Shown: positions 8,766 to 16,925 of the stretch, in pieces | Position numbering within the stretch: the stretch's first letter is position 1 | How the letters are laid out: the number at the start of each line of letters is the position of its first letter | Assembly (NCBI GenBank): GCA_036389235.1 | Contig: DASVQJ010000223.1 | Coordinates: 8,333 to 72,332, forward strand | Source of the DNA: Pyrinomonadaceae bacterium | GTDB taxonomy: Bacteria > Acidobacteriota > Blastocatellia > Pyrinomonadales > Pyrinomonadaceae | DNA: 64,000 bases | Direction: 5' to 3' | Position numbers and translations under genes: made by a program | Notes under the pieces: generated by a model | Seen by the model: the letters and a program-made list of their open reading frames with translations, nothing else | Databases searched by the model: none | What the model was told of the DNA's origin: nothing

Positions 8766-10232
8766 ATGATGATGACAGAGACATTTTGCAACCGGACTTA
8801 TCCGGCCGGGCCGCGGGGCGGCGGGCGCGGGCTGGGCGTTGGGTCGAGGAGGTTCGCGCTGGCGGCGCTGGCCGCCCTCTGCCTGGCGGCCGGCGCCGCG
8901 GCGCAGGAGAAGTCGAAGGGCGTCTACCGCATCCCCTTCGAGAACGGCACCAGCGTCGGCGTCACGAACGACTTCAACAAGCACAAGCCGCTCGGCCGCA
9001 TCGACATGAGCGGGAAGGGCGGCGACGGCGAGTACAAGATCGTGGCCGCGGCCGACGGCACCGTCCGCTACGTCGTCGATAACTTCAGCAAGCAGGTGGA
9101 CAGCGACAGCGGCGAGCCCTGCACCAACAACTACGTCTGGATCGAGCACGCGAACGGCGAGTGGACGAAGTACTCGCACATGCAGCAGAACTCCTCGACG
9201 CAGAAGGCGAAGATCAAGGTCGGCCAGTTCGTCAAGGCGGGCACGTACCTCGGCGACGAGGGCAAGGTCGGCTGCGCGGGCGGCGACCACCTCCACTTCG
9301 AGGTCGGCGTGCCGCGGGCGACCGACCCCGTCACGGCGACCGGCGGCTTCCTACAGGACAACGACGGCAGCAAGCGCAACCGCGACCCGCGCGTCTGCGG
9401 CATCGCGGGCGGCGTCTTCAAGAGCGGCGAGACGTACGAGGCGCGGGACGTGCCCGGCAACCTCACGCCGGGCTCGGCCGAGGTCGCGCGCCACGGCGTG
9501 CCCGCGGAGGACTACCAGTGCCTCTTCGACCAGGCCGTGGCCGCCGACTACCGCGTCGAGTGGGTGGACGGCTTCAGCTTCAAGGGCAAGGTCTATTTCA
9601 ACGTGGTCTTCCGCCCGGAGAAGGGCGCGAAGTGGGCCGCGGTGCACAACCGCAACGCCGCGCAGTACCAGACCGCGTTCGACAACTACGCCGGGGCCGG
9701 CTACCGCCCCGTGCAGGTGGACAGCTACACTTCGGGCAACCAGGTGCTCTACGCGGCGGTCTTCATGAAGGACGGCGGGCCGGCCGTCACGGCCTACCAC
9801 GGCCTCCCCGCGGCCGAGCACCAGAAGCGTTTCGACGACCTGACGGGCGACGGCTGGCGGCCGAAGAACATCTCGGTCGTCTCGGTCGGCGGCAGCCGCT
9901 TCTACACGGCGCTCTACGAGAAGGCGGGCGTCGGCGGCTACGAGGCGAAGTCGTTCCTGACGGCCGACGAGTACCGGAAGCTCTTCGACGAGAACAGGCA
10001 GAAGGGGCGGCAGCTCGCCTACCTCAACGTCTACGAGCACCAGGGGCAGCCGCGCTTCTCGGCCATCTGGAACTCGGCCGCGCAGGGCGGCTTCAAGGCG
10101 CGACACGACCTGAGCGGCGCACAGTACCAGGACGAGTGGGAGTCGGCGCTCAAGGGCGGGATGTTGACGCGGGCCGTGACGGGCTACGCGGACGGCGGGG
10201 CCGTGCGCTACGCGGCCGTCTGGAGGAAGTAG
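8766..10232 (+). CDS. Secreted M23 metallopeptidase fused to four tandem repeats (bacterial tandem repeat domain 1 / polyglycine-hydrolase-like)
   Basis: aaggag precedes the ATG and a signal peptide follows. M23 motifs are HANGEWTKYSHM and GGDHLHFEV. The repeats read AAQYQTAFDNYAGAGYRPVQVD, AAEHQKRFDDLTGDGWRPKNI, ADEYRKLFDENRQKGRQLAYL and GAQYQDEWESALKGG. Confidence 0.75.
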   Translation: MMMTETFCNRTYPAGPRGGGRGLGVGSRRFALAALAALCLAAGAAAQEKSKGVYRIPFENGTSVGVTNDFNKHKPLGRIDMSGKGGDGEYKIVAAADGTVRYVVDNFSKQVDSDSGEPCTNNYVWIEHANGEWTKYSHMQQNSSTQKAKIKVGQFVKAGTYLGDEGKVGCAGGDHLHFEVGVPRATDPVTATGGFLQDNDGSKRNRDPRVCGIAGGVFKSGETYEARDVPGNLTPGSAEVARHGVPAEDYQCLFDQAVAADYRVEWVDGFSFKGKVYFNVVFRPEKGAKWAAVHNRNAAQYQTAFDNYAGAGYRPVQVDSYTSGNQVLYAAVFMKDGGPAVTAYHGLPAAEHQKRFDDLTGDGWRPKNISVVSVGGSRFYTALYEKAGVGGYEAKSFLTADEYRKLFDENRQKGRQLAYLNVYEHQGQPRFSAIWNSAAQGGFKARHDLSGAQYQDEWESALKGGMLTRAVTGYADGGAVRYAAVWRK

Positions 10233-10260
10233 CCGGCGGCGCCCGCCGTCGAAGGTTCCA

Positions 10261-10310
10261 CCGCACAGAAGGCGGCGCGGGTGTTGGCGCCCGCGCCGCC
10301 TTCTGTGCGG
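10261..10310 (+). terminator. GC-rich hairpin after the M23 peptidase gene
   Basis: ccgcacagaaggcggcgcgg-gtgttg-gcgcccgcgccgccttctgtgcgg forms a long stem. There is no clear U-tract. Confidence 0.5.
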
Positions 10311-10322
10311 TGAGCGTGCGTC

Positions 10323-10562
10323 GTGCTTGCCGCGCCCGCGCGCTCTCTAATAAAGTCCGGACGCCGCAGGTCATTCACCCCAACCGAAAGTCCGCCGGAG
10401 GTCTCGATGCGTCTTCGCCGTTCGCGCGCCCTCGCGGAGCCGGCACTGAAGGAGGACGCGCCCACCGCGCAGACCGCGGAGCAGCTCCCCGTCTACGACG
10501 CCTACTCGGTTGACGGCGACGTGACGGGGCGGCTCGTCCGCGTCAACTACGGCGTGCCGCCC
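10323..10562 (+). pseudogene. Decayed copy of the promoter and 5' end of the M28 peptidase gene (internal deletion of about 350 bp)
   Basis: 10323-10433 aligns to 14287-14397, covering taataaagtccggacgccgcagg, the ATG and about 9 codons. 10434-10562 aligns to 14749-14872 (LKEDA..SAQTAEQLPVY.AYSVDGDVTG..V.VNYGVP). Identity looks like roughly 85-90% by eye. Confidence 0.8.
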
Positions 10563-10643
10563 CGAGGCCGCGGAGAAAATATTGCTTTAGTGCCATGAAA
10601 AGCTTATAGTGCCCGCCACTATCTGAGGGGAGGATTCACGCCC

Positions 10644-10865
10644 GTGTCGGATCGGAAAGCGCGAGCAGACGAGGAGAACGACAGTGGGGATGATCCTCAA
10701 CAAAACGAAGTCAGCTTAGATTACTCCGGGGAGGCGGTGGTGGTTCCGAGGGAAAGCCTACCCAAGCCCGCGCCGGGCAAGCGCATACACCCACGCCGCC
10801 CCTTACCGCAAGTCCCCCAAGCGCCACCGGAGGACGAAGACAAAGAAGAAGACGGCGAGCCGTAA
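10644..10865 (+). CDS. Small acidic Pro-rich protein (73 aa), unknown function
   Basis: GTG start follows gaggggagga. Shares a VVV(P/K)...KRIHPRR(P/L)LP motif with the N-terminus of the next gene. Confidence 0.4.
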   Translation: MSDRKARADEENDSGDDPQQNEVSLDYSGEAVVVPRESLPKPAPGKRIHPRRPLPQVPQAPPEDEDKEEDGEP

Positions 10866-11041
10866 ACCCCCGTCGCTCGGCGGGTTCTCGCGGTCCTCTT
10901 CGCACAGGCCACAGAGACGGCGGCAAGTGTCTTCGCGGGCACCGAACTGCGCCGGCCGCGCCCCCGCGTGCCGGCGTCCGCGGCGTGTGAGAAACCACGG
11001 CCGCCGCAGTCACCTGACAGCCCCGTAAAGGAGAGCCCTCA

Positions 11042-13540
11042 ATGCCAACCAAAACCACTTCGAAGAAGGCAGCCTCGAAGAAGGCCGCCGGTACAAGGGT
11101 CGCCACACAGATCCGCCTGCGCGCCAGCGCCGTCGTCGTCAAACCGCTCGACCAGCCGCCCACGTTCGTCAAGCCGAAACGCATCCACCCGCGCCGCCTC
11201 CTGCCACTCGTCAGGGAGGGCGATGAGCGCGAGTTCCACAGCCTGACCCCCCAGACGCTCTTCCACACGCCCGACACATTCTTCGGCGCGCGCGCGGCCT
11301 TCGGGCCGCTGGCGGCCGCCGACGAGTTGAAGATCGTGACGAATACGGAGCTGACCGAGCCCGGCAAGCAGCAGACGGCCTCGAACGTCGGCGAGCCGAG
11401 CGTGGCGATCAACGACAACGTCGTCTTCTACACCGGCAACTGGTACGCCGCCATCTCGACCGACGCCGGGCGGACTTTCAAGTTCATCGCCCCGGGCGCG
11501 GACTTCAAAGACCCCAAGAACGGCTCGACCTTCTGCTGCGACCAGATCGTCCACTACATCGGCAAGATTGACACCTTCGTCTGGCTCCTCCAGTACGGCC
11601 CCGACACGGGCGACAACGTCCAGCGGCTCGCCTTCGCCAAGACGGCCGACGCGGCCAAGAACAAGTGGCGGGTCTTCGACATCACGACGGCCAGCCTGAA
11701 GGTGCCCGGCGCGTTCCTCGACTTCCCCGACCTGGCCGTCGGCGCCAACAGCCTCTACCTGACCACGAACATCTTCGGCCCGGGCCAGCAGTTCGGCTCG
11801 GCGGTCGTCCGCATCCCCTTCGCCGGCATCGAGAGCGGGAAGGTCACCGCGACCCCGTTCGTCTCGAAGTCCTTCCAGAGCTTCCGCGTGGCGCAGAACT
11901 GCGGGACGACCGCCTACTTCGCCGCGCACCAGGACACCAGCACGCTGGCGGTCTTCTCCTGGAAGGAGGGCCAGAACGCCCCGGTGCAGAAGTCGGTCGC
12001 CGTGGCGCGGTGGCTCGGCGGCAACAGCGGATACATCTCGCGGACGCCCGACGGCCGCCGGTGGCTCGACCGGTGCGACCCGCGCCTCAGCGGCGCGACG
12101 CTCGCCAAGGATGAGTTGTGGTTCGCGTGGACGGTCGACCGCAATTCGAACCACCGCCCGCGCCCCTTCATACAGATCGCGAAGATAAAAGCCTCCGACC
12201 TGACCCTGCTGGAGAACATCAACGTCTTTGACAACGACAACGCGACGGCCTACGGAGCCCTCTCGACGAACGAGGACGGCGAGGTAGGCATCTCCTACAT
12301 GGTCGGCGGCAAGACGCTCGCGCCCTCGCACGTCGTCGGCATCCTGACCGGCGCGCGCAAGGACGTGATCGTCAGCAAGGGCGACCGCGGGCCGTCCGAC
12401 CCGGACACCGGCCGGGGCGAGTGGGGCGACTACCTCGCCGTCCGCCGCGTCTACCCGAACCAGAGGCTCTTCGCCGCGACCGGCTACACAATGAAGGGGC
12501 CCGGCGACGGCTCCGACCGCGACTCGACGCCGCGCTTCGTCGTCTTCGGCCGCGCCGCGGCCGTGGGCCTGACCCCCGGCGGCGGCATTGGGGGCGTGGG
12601 CGGCGGCGAGGTCGTCATCGACACGGTTATCACGGACCCCGGCGGCCCGGACATTGTCGCCCCGACGCCGGCCGAAGTGGGCGCGCCCTTCAAGGACGTG
12701 AACAAGCTGCCCCAGGTGAGCGCGGCGGTGGCAGCCCAGATCAAGGCGGCGGCCGTGGCCGAGGGCAAACTCCCTTCACCCTTCGAGGAGGAGTTCGTGC
12801 CGCTCGCGTTCGTCATCGAGTCGCCCCTGCTGGCGACCAAGCCCGGCGTCGAGCGTTGGCCGGTGAAGACCGGCACGGACGAGAACGTGGCGCTGGTGGG
12901 CAAGAACATCATCGGCGGCCATTCGCTCGGGGCCGGCGTCGTGGGCGCGACCATCGAGGAGCTGACCAAGCTCGGCCGCCCGCCGGGGATGAGGCCGGCG
13001 AACAAGAACTTCGACCACCAGTTTCACGGCCGGCGGCTCGGGGTCGTGGAGCAAACGGTCTGGCGCATCGACGCCGAAATCATCGCCCTCAAGCAGGAGA
13101 AGGACGGCGACTACCACCTCGTCCTGCGCGGCGCGAGCGGCGAGATGATGGTGGCCGAGAGCACGACGCCGACCAAGAAGTTCGTCGGCGACAGCCCCTG
13201 GCTGGAGAACATGAAGGCGGTGCGCAAGGCGATAGACGACAGGCTGGTGAAGCCGCTCACGCCGGCCGCGTTCGTGCAGTTCGACGGCGTGCTCGTCCCG
13301 CGCGAGTCGCTGCCCGAGACGTTGCAGCCTCTAGCGGCGCCCGCGCCGTCCGGCCTCAACTCGTTCGTCACCCCCGAAGATGACGACGGCGCCCTCCGCC
13401 CGACCTTCCAGACCAAGGTGAAACCGACGCCCGTCCGCCTGACCGGCGTCGGGTTCTTCGACCGAGTCCACGGGTCGACGGGCGAGTCGAAGTTCAACGG
13501 GATCGAGCTGCACCCGGTCTTGAAGGTCGAGTGGCTCTGA
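11042..13540 (+). CDS. 832-aa protein with a sialidase/BNR-like beta-propeller core and a C-terminal domain of unknown function
   Basis: aaaggagag precedes the ATG. The N-terminus is Lys-rich with no signal peptide. Propeller-like signatures include GEPSVAINDNVVFYTGNWYAAISTDAGRTF and GEWGDYLAV. The C-terminal module has ERWPVKTGTD, DGDYHLVL and GVGFFDRVHG...NGIELHPVL. Confidence 0.6.
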   Translation: MPTKTTSKKAASKKAAGTRVATQIRLRASAVVVKPLDQPPTFVKPKRIHPRRLLPLVREGDEREFHSLTPQTLFHTPDTFFGARAAFGPLAAADELKIVTNTELTEPGKQQTASNVGEPSVAINDNVVFYTGNWYAAISTDAGRTFKFIAPGADFKDPKNGSTFCCDQIVHYIGKIDTFVWLLQYGPDTGDNVQRLAFAKTADAAKNKWRVFDITTASLKVPGAFLDFPDLAVGANSLYLTTNIFGPGQQFGSAVVRIPFAGIESGKVTATPFVSKSFQSFRVAQNCGTTAYFAAHQDTSTLAVFSWKEGQNAPVQKSVAVARWLGGNSGYISRTPDGRRWLDRCDPRLSGATLAKDELWFAWTVDRNSNHRPRPFIQIAKIKASDLTLLENINVFDNDNATAYGALSTNEDGEVGISYMVGGKTLAPSHVVGILTGARKDVIVSKGDRGPSDPDTGRGEWGDYLAVRRVYPNQRLFAATGYTMKGPGDGSDRDSTPRFVVFGRAAAVGLTPGGGIGGVGGGEVVIDTVITDPGGPDIVAPTPAEVGAPFKDVNKLPQVSAAVAAQIKAAAVAEGKLPSPFEEEFVPLAFVIESPLLATKPGVERWPVKTGTDENVALVGKNIIGGHSLGAGVVGATIEELTKLGRPPGMRPANKNFDHQFHGRRLGVVEQTVWRIDAEIIALKQEKDGDYHLVLRGASGEMMVAESTTPTKKFVGDSPWLENMKAVRKAIDDRLVKPLTPAAFVQFDGVLVPRESLPETLQPLAAPAPSGLNSFVTPEDDDGALRPTFQTKVKPTPVRLTGVGFFDRVHGSTGESKFNGIELHPVLKVEWL

Positions 13541-13562
13541 CGCGGGACCGCGCCGACTTAAG

Positions 13563-14165
13563 GTGCCTCCGATGACTGCCGGCACGTTCGAATACACCCT
13601 CCTCGCGTCATACTGGACCGTCCTGGTGGCGGAGTTGATAGGCGACAAGTCCATCTACACGGTCGCGTCCCTCTCACTCCGCTTCCGGGCCGGCCTGGTC
13701 TTCTGCGGCATGCTGGTGGCGTTTGGGGGGAAGATGCTTGTGGCGGTGCTGCTCGGGAGGGTGCTGGTTCAGGTCCCGGCACACTGGGCGGCCGCGCTCA
13801 GCGGGTTCGTCTTCTTCCTCGCCGCCGCCTTCACCTGGTTCCGCGGGCCCGAGGAAGCTAAGGAGCTTCCCCCGGACTCCGCCTCGTGGCTCCGCGCGAC
13901 GCTGATCCCCTTCGCCTCACTCTTCCTTACTGAGTGGGGCGACCCGGGCCAGATATCGGCCGCGGCGCTGACGGCGCAGAGCAACCAGCCCGCGGCCGCC
14001 TGGATCGGCGGCACGCTGGCCATGACAACAAAAGGGGTGTTGGCGCTGACCCTCGGCCTGCGACTGCGCGAGCGCATTAACAGGAGGGCGCTGCGAGTGG
14101 TGGCCACCGTCTCGTGCTGCGTGCTGGGTGTGCTGGCGCTGGGCGACGCATTCTTCAACCACTAA
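13563..14165 (+). CDS. UPF0016 / GDT1 (TMEM165) family cation transporter (Mn2+/Ca2+)
   Basis: Two signature E-x-G-D motifs (ELIGDKS, EWGDPGQ), each at the start of a 3-TM half. The start is GTG 13563 or ATG 13572. Confidence 0.75.
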   Translation: MPPMTAGTFEYTLLASYWTVLVAELIGDKSIYTVASLSLRFRAGLVFCGMLVAFGGKMLVAVLLGRVLVQVPAHWAAALSGFVFFLAAAFTWFRGPEEAKELPPDSASWLRATLIPFASLFLTEWGDPGQISAAALTAQSNQPAAAWIGGTLAMTTKGVLALTLGLRLRERINRRALRVVATVSCCVLGVLALGDAFFNH

Positions 14166-14370
14166 ACTCTCAGGACGGGGCGGCCGTCGTGCCGCCCCGC
14201 ATTCCACACGGGCGGTCTTCGTGTCCGTCGCCGACGCCCTTCACCGTCCCAACCCCCGCCCCGGAAAACCCCCTACGGCGCCCACCGTGCTTGCCGCGGC
14301 CGCGCGCCGTGTAATAAAGTCCGGACGCCGCAGGTAATTCATCCCAGCCGAAATTCTACCGGAGGTCTGA

Positions 14371-16650
14371 ATGCGTCTGCCTCGTCCGCGCCCCCTCGCC
14401 GCAATCCTTCTCCTCTGCGCCGTGCCGTCCGCGCAGGCCGCGCCGCCGCAGGGGGGGAAGGCCATGTCGGGCTTCGGCGCCGCCCGCGCCGAGCGGCAGC
14501 GCGCGCTCGAAGCGCGCTTCGACGCGCTGCTCAAGAAGGAGAACCTGCGCGAGTGGATGCGCCGGCTCTCCGCGCGCCCGCACCACGTCGGCTCGCCGCA
14601 CGACAAGGATAACGCGGAGTTCATGGCCGGCCTCTTCCGCTCCTGGGGCTACGACGCGCAGGTCGAGACGTTCGACGTGCTCTTCCCGACCCCGAAGACG
14701 CGCGTGCTTGAGCTGACCGCGCCCGTGCGTTACGCGGCGCGTCTGGGCGAGCCGACGTTGAAGGAGGACGCGACCTCCGCGCAGACCGCGGAGCAGCTCC
14801 CCGTCTACAACGCCTACTCGGTTGACGGCGACGTGACGGGGCAGCTCGTCTACGTCAACTACGGCGTGCCGCGCGACTACGAGGAGCTGGAGCGGCGCGG
14901 CATCGACGTGAAGGGGAAGGTCGTGCTGGCCCGCTACGGCGGCTCGTGGCGCGGCATCAAGCCGAAGGTGGCGGCCGAGCACGGCGCCGTCGGGTGTCTC
15001 ATCTACTCAGACCCGCGCGACGACGGTTACTTCCAGGGCGACGTCTACCCGAAGGGCGCGTGGCGCAACGAGTGGGGCGCGCAGCGCGGCTCGGTCGCGG
15101 ACATGCCGACCTTCCCCGGCGACCCTTTGACGCCCGGCGTCGGCTCGGTCAAGGGCGCGAAGCGGCTCGACCTGAAGAGCGCGCCGACGCTCACGAAGAT
15201 TCCCGTGATGCCCATCTCGTACGGCGACGCGCAGCCTTTGCTGCGCGCGCTCGGCGGCCCCGTCGCGCCCGCCGCGTGGCGCGGCGCGCTGCCCCTGACT
15301 TATCACCTCGGCCCCGGCCCCGCCACCGTCCGCCTCAAGCTCGAATTCAACTGGGACACGAAGCCCATCTATAACGTCATCGCGCGCCTGAAGGGCGCCG
15401 AGCGCCCGGACGAGTGGGTCGTCCGCGGCAACCACCACGACGCGTGGGTCAACGGCGCCGATGACCCCGTGAGCGGCATGGTCGCGCTGCTGGAAGAGGC
15501 GCGCGCCGTGGGCGAGCTGGCGAAGGCGGGCTGGCGGCCGAAGCGCACCATCGTCTACTGCGCCTGGGACGGCGAGGAGCCCGGGCTGCTCGGCTCGACC
15601 GAGTGGGCCGAGGCGCACGCCGAAGAGCTGCAAAGGCACGCCGTCGTCTACGTCAACTCCGACTCGAACGGGCGCGGGTTCCTCGGCGTCGGCGGCTCGC
15701 ACACGCTGGAGAAGTTCGTCAACGAGGTGGCGCGCGACGTGACCGACCCGCAGAAGAAGATTTCGGTCTGGGAGCGCGAGCGCGCGTCGAGGATTCTCGA
15801 AGGGAGCGCGGAGGAGCGGAAGGAGTTGCGCGAGCGGGAGGACTGGCGCATCTCCGCGCTCGGGTCGGGCTCGGACTACACGCCCTTCCTGCAACACCTC
15901 GGCGTGGCCTCGCTCAACGTCGGCTTCGGCGGCGAGGACGGCGGCGGCTCCTACCATTCCATCTACGACTCGTTCGAACACTACACGCGCTTCGGCGACC
16001 CGGGCTTCGAGTACGGCGTCGCGCTCGCGCAGGTGGCCGGCCGCGTCGTGCTCCGCTTCGCCGAGGCCGACACGCTGCCCCTCAACTTCGGCAACTTCGC
16101 CGACACCGTCGCGCGCTACGTGCAGGAGGTGACGAAGCTCGCCGAGACGACGCGCGCCGACATCGCCGAGCGGAACCGCATGCTCTCCGAGGGCACTTAC
16201 CGCGCCGTCTACGACCCGACCCAGACGTACGTCCTCCCCAGAGAAGAGGCGCTCCCCGCCGCCGCGCCCGACCTCGCGCCCCTGCAACGCGCGCTCGCGA
16301 AGCTTCAGGAGAGCGCGAAGAACTACCAGACGGCCTACGACGCGCCGGACGCACGCTCCCGCCTCTTATCTTCGCCGGAGGCGCAGGCGCGGCTCGACCG
16401 GATTCTGATGAGCTTCGAGCGCTCGATGACGCGCGAAGCCGGCCTGCCGCGCCGCCCCTGGTTCAGGCACCAGATGTACGCGCCCGGCTTCTACACAGGC
16501 TACGGCGTCAAGACGCTGCCCGGCGTGCGCGAGGCCGTCGAGCAGCACAACTGGGCGGAGGCCGTCGAACAGACCGCCCTCGCCGCCGCGACCTTAGAGC
16601 GCGCCGCCTCCGAGATCGACCGCGCGACCGCGTTGCTGCAAGGGAAATAA
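14371..16650 (+). CDS. Secreted M28 peptidase with PA and transferrin-receptor-like dimerisation domains (glutamate carboxypeptidase II-like)
   Basis: Signal peptide MRLPRPRPLAAILLLCAVPSAQA. PA-domain GKVVLARYGGSWRGIK. M28 motifs RGNHHDAW and WDGEEPGLLGSTEW. The C-terminus carries the dimerisation helices. Confidence 0.85.
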   Translation: MRLPRPRPLAAILLLCAVPSAQAAPPQGGKAMSGFGAARAERQRALEARFDALLKKENLREWMRRLSARPHHVGSPHDKDNAEFMAGLFRSWGYDAQVETFDVLFPTPKTRVLELTAPVRYAARLGEPTLKEDATSAQTAEQLPVYNAYSVDGDVTGQLVYVNYGVPRDYEELERRGIDVKGKVVLARYGGSWRGIKPKVAAEHGAVGCLIYSDPRDDGYFQGDVYPKGAWRNEWGAQRGSVADMPTFPGDPLTPGVGSVKGAKRLDLKSAPTLTKIPVMPISYGDAQPLLRALGGPVAPAAWRGALPLTYHLGPGPATVRLKLEFNWDTKPIYNVIARLKGAERPDEWVVRGNHHDAWVNGADDPVSGMVALLEEARAVGELAKAGWRPKRTIVYCAWDGEEPGLLGSTEWAEAHAEELQRHAVVYVNSDSNGRGFLGVGGSHTLEKFVNEVARDVTDPQKKISVWERERASRILEGSAEERKELREREDWRISALGSGSDYTPFLQHLGVASLNVGFGGEDGGGSYHSIYDSFEHYTRFGDPGFEYGVALAQVAGRVVLRFAEADTLPLNFGNFADTVARYVQEVTKLAETTRADIAERNRMLSEGTYRAVYDPTQTYVLPREEALPAAAPDLAPLQRALAKLQESAKNYQTAYDAPDARSRLLSSPEAQARLDRILMSFERSMTREAGLPRRPWFRHQMYAPGFYTGYGVKTLPGVREAVEQHNWAEAVEQTALAAATLERAASEIDRATALLQGK

Positions 16651-16670
16651 CTGAAGGCTATGCGTCCCTC

Positions 16671-16867
16671 CGCCGCGTCGGCGGCGCCTGAATTTAGCCC
16701 GGCCTTTCAAGGCCGGGAAAGATGACGGCCCGCGTGCCGCGTCGCGTCAGCGACGCCGGAGCCGACCCGCAACGTTCAGGCGTCGCCGACGCGACGCGAC
16801 GGTTTTCGTTTCGACCCCAACCCGGCCTTTCAAGGCCGGGCTAAATTCAGGCGCCGCCGACGCGGCG
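16671..16867. repeat. REP/MITE-like palindromic element, copy 1 (arms contain the cccggcctttcaaggccggg hairpin)
   Basis: Arms of about 47 bp (16671-16717 and 16821-16867) are complementary. A related copy lies at 44901-45099. Confidence 0.8.
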
Positions 16868-16925
16868 TGTACGCAGATGTGCTTGAGCTTCCGCCAAAGC
16901 TCCGGCGTGGCACACGTCGAAGCCT

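Noticed and set aside
10323-10598. 91-aa ORF as a gene
   Set aside because: It is a fusion of the duplicated peptidase start with an internal fragment, so it is a pseudogene remnant.
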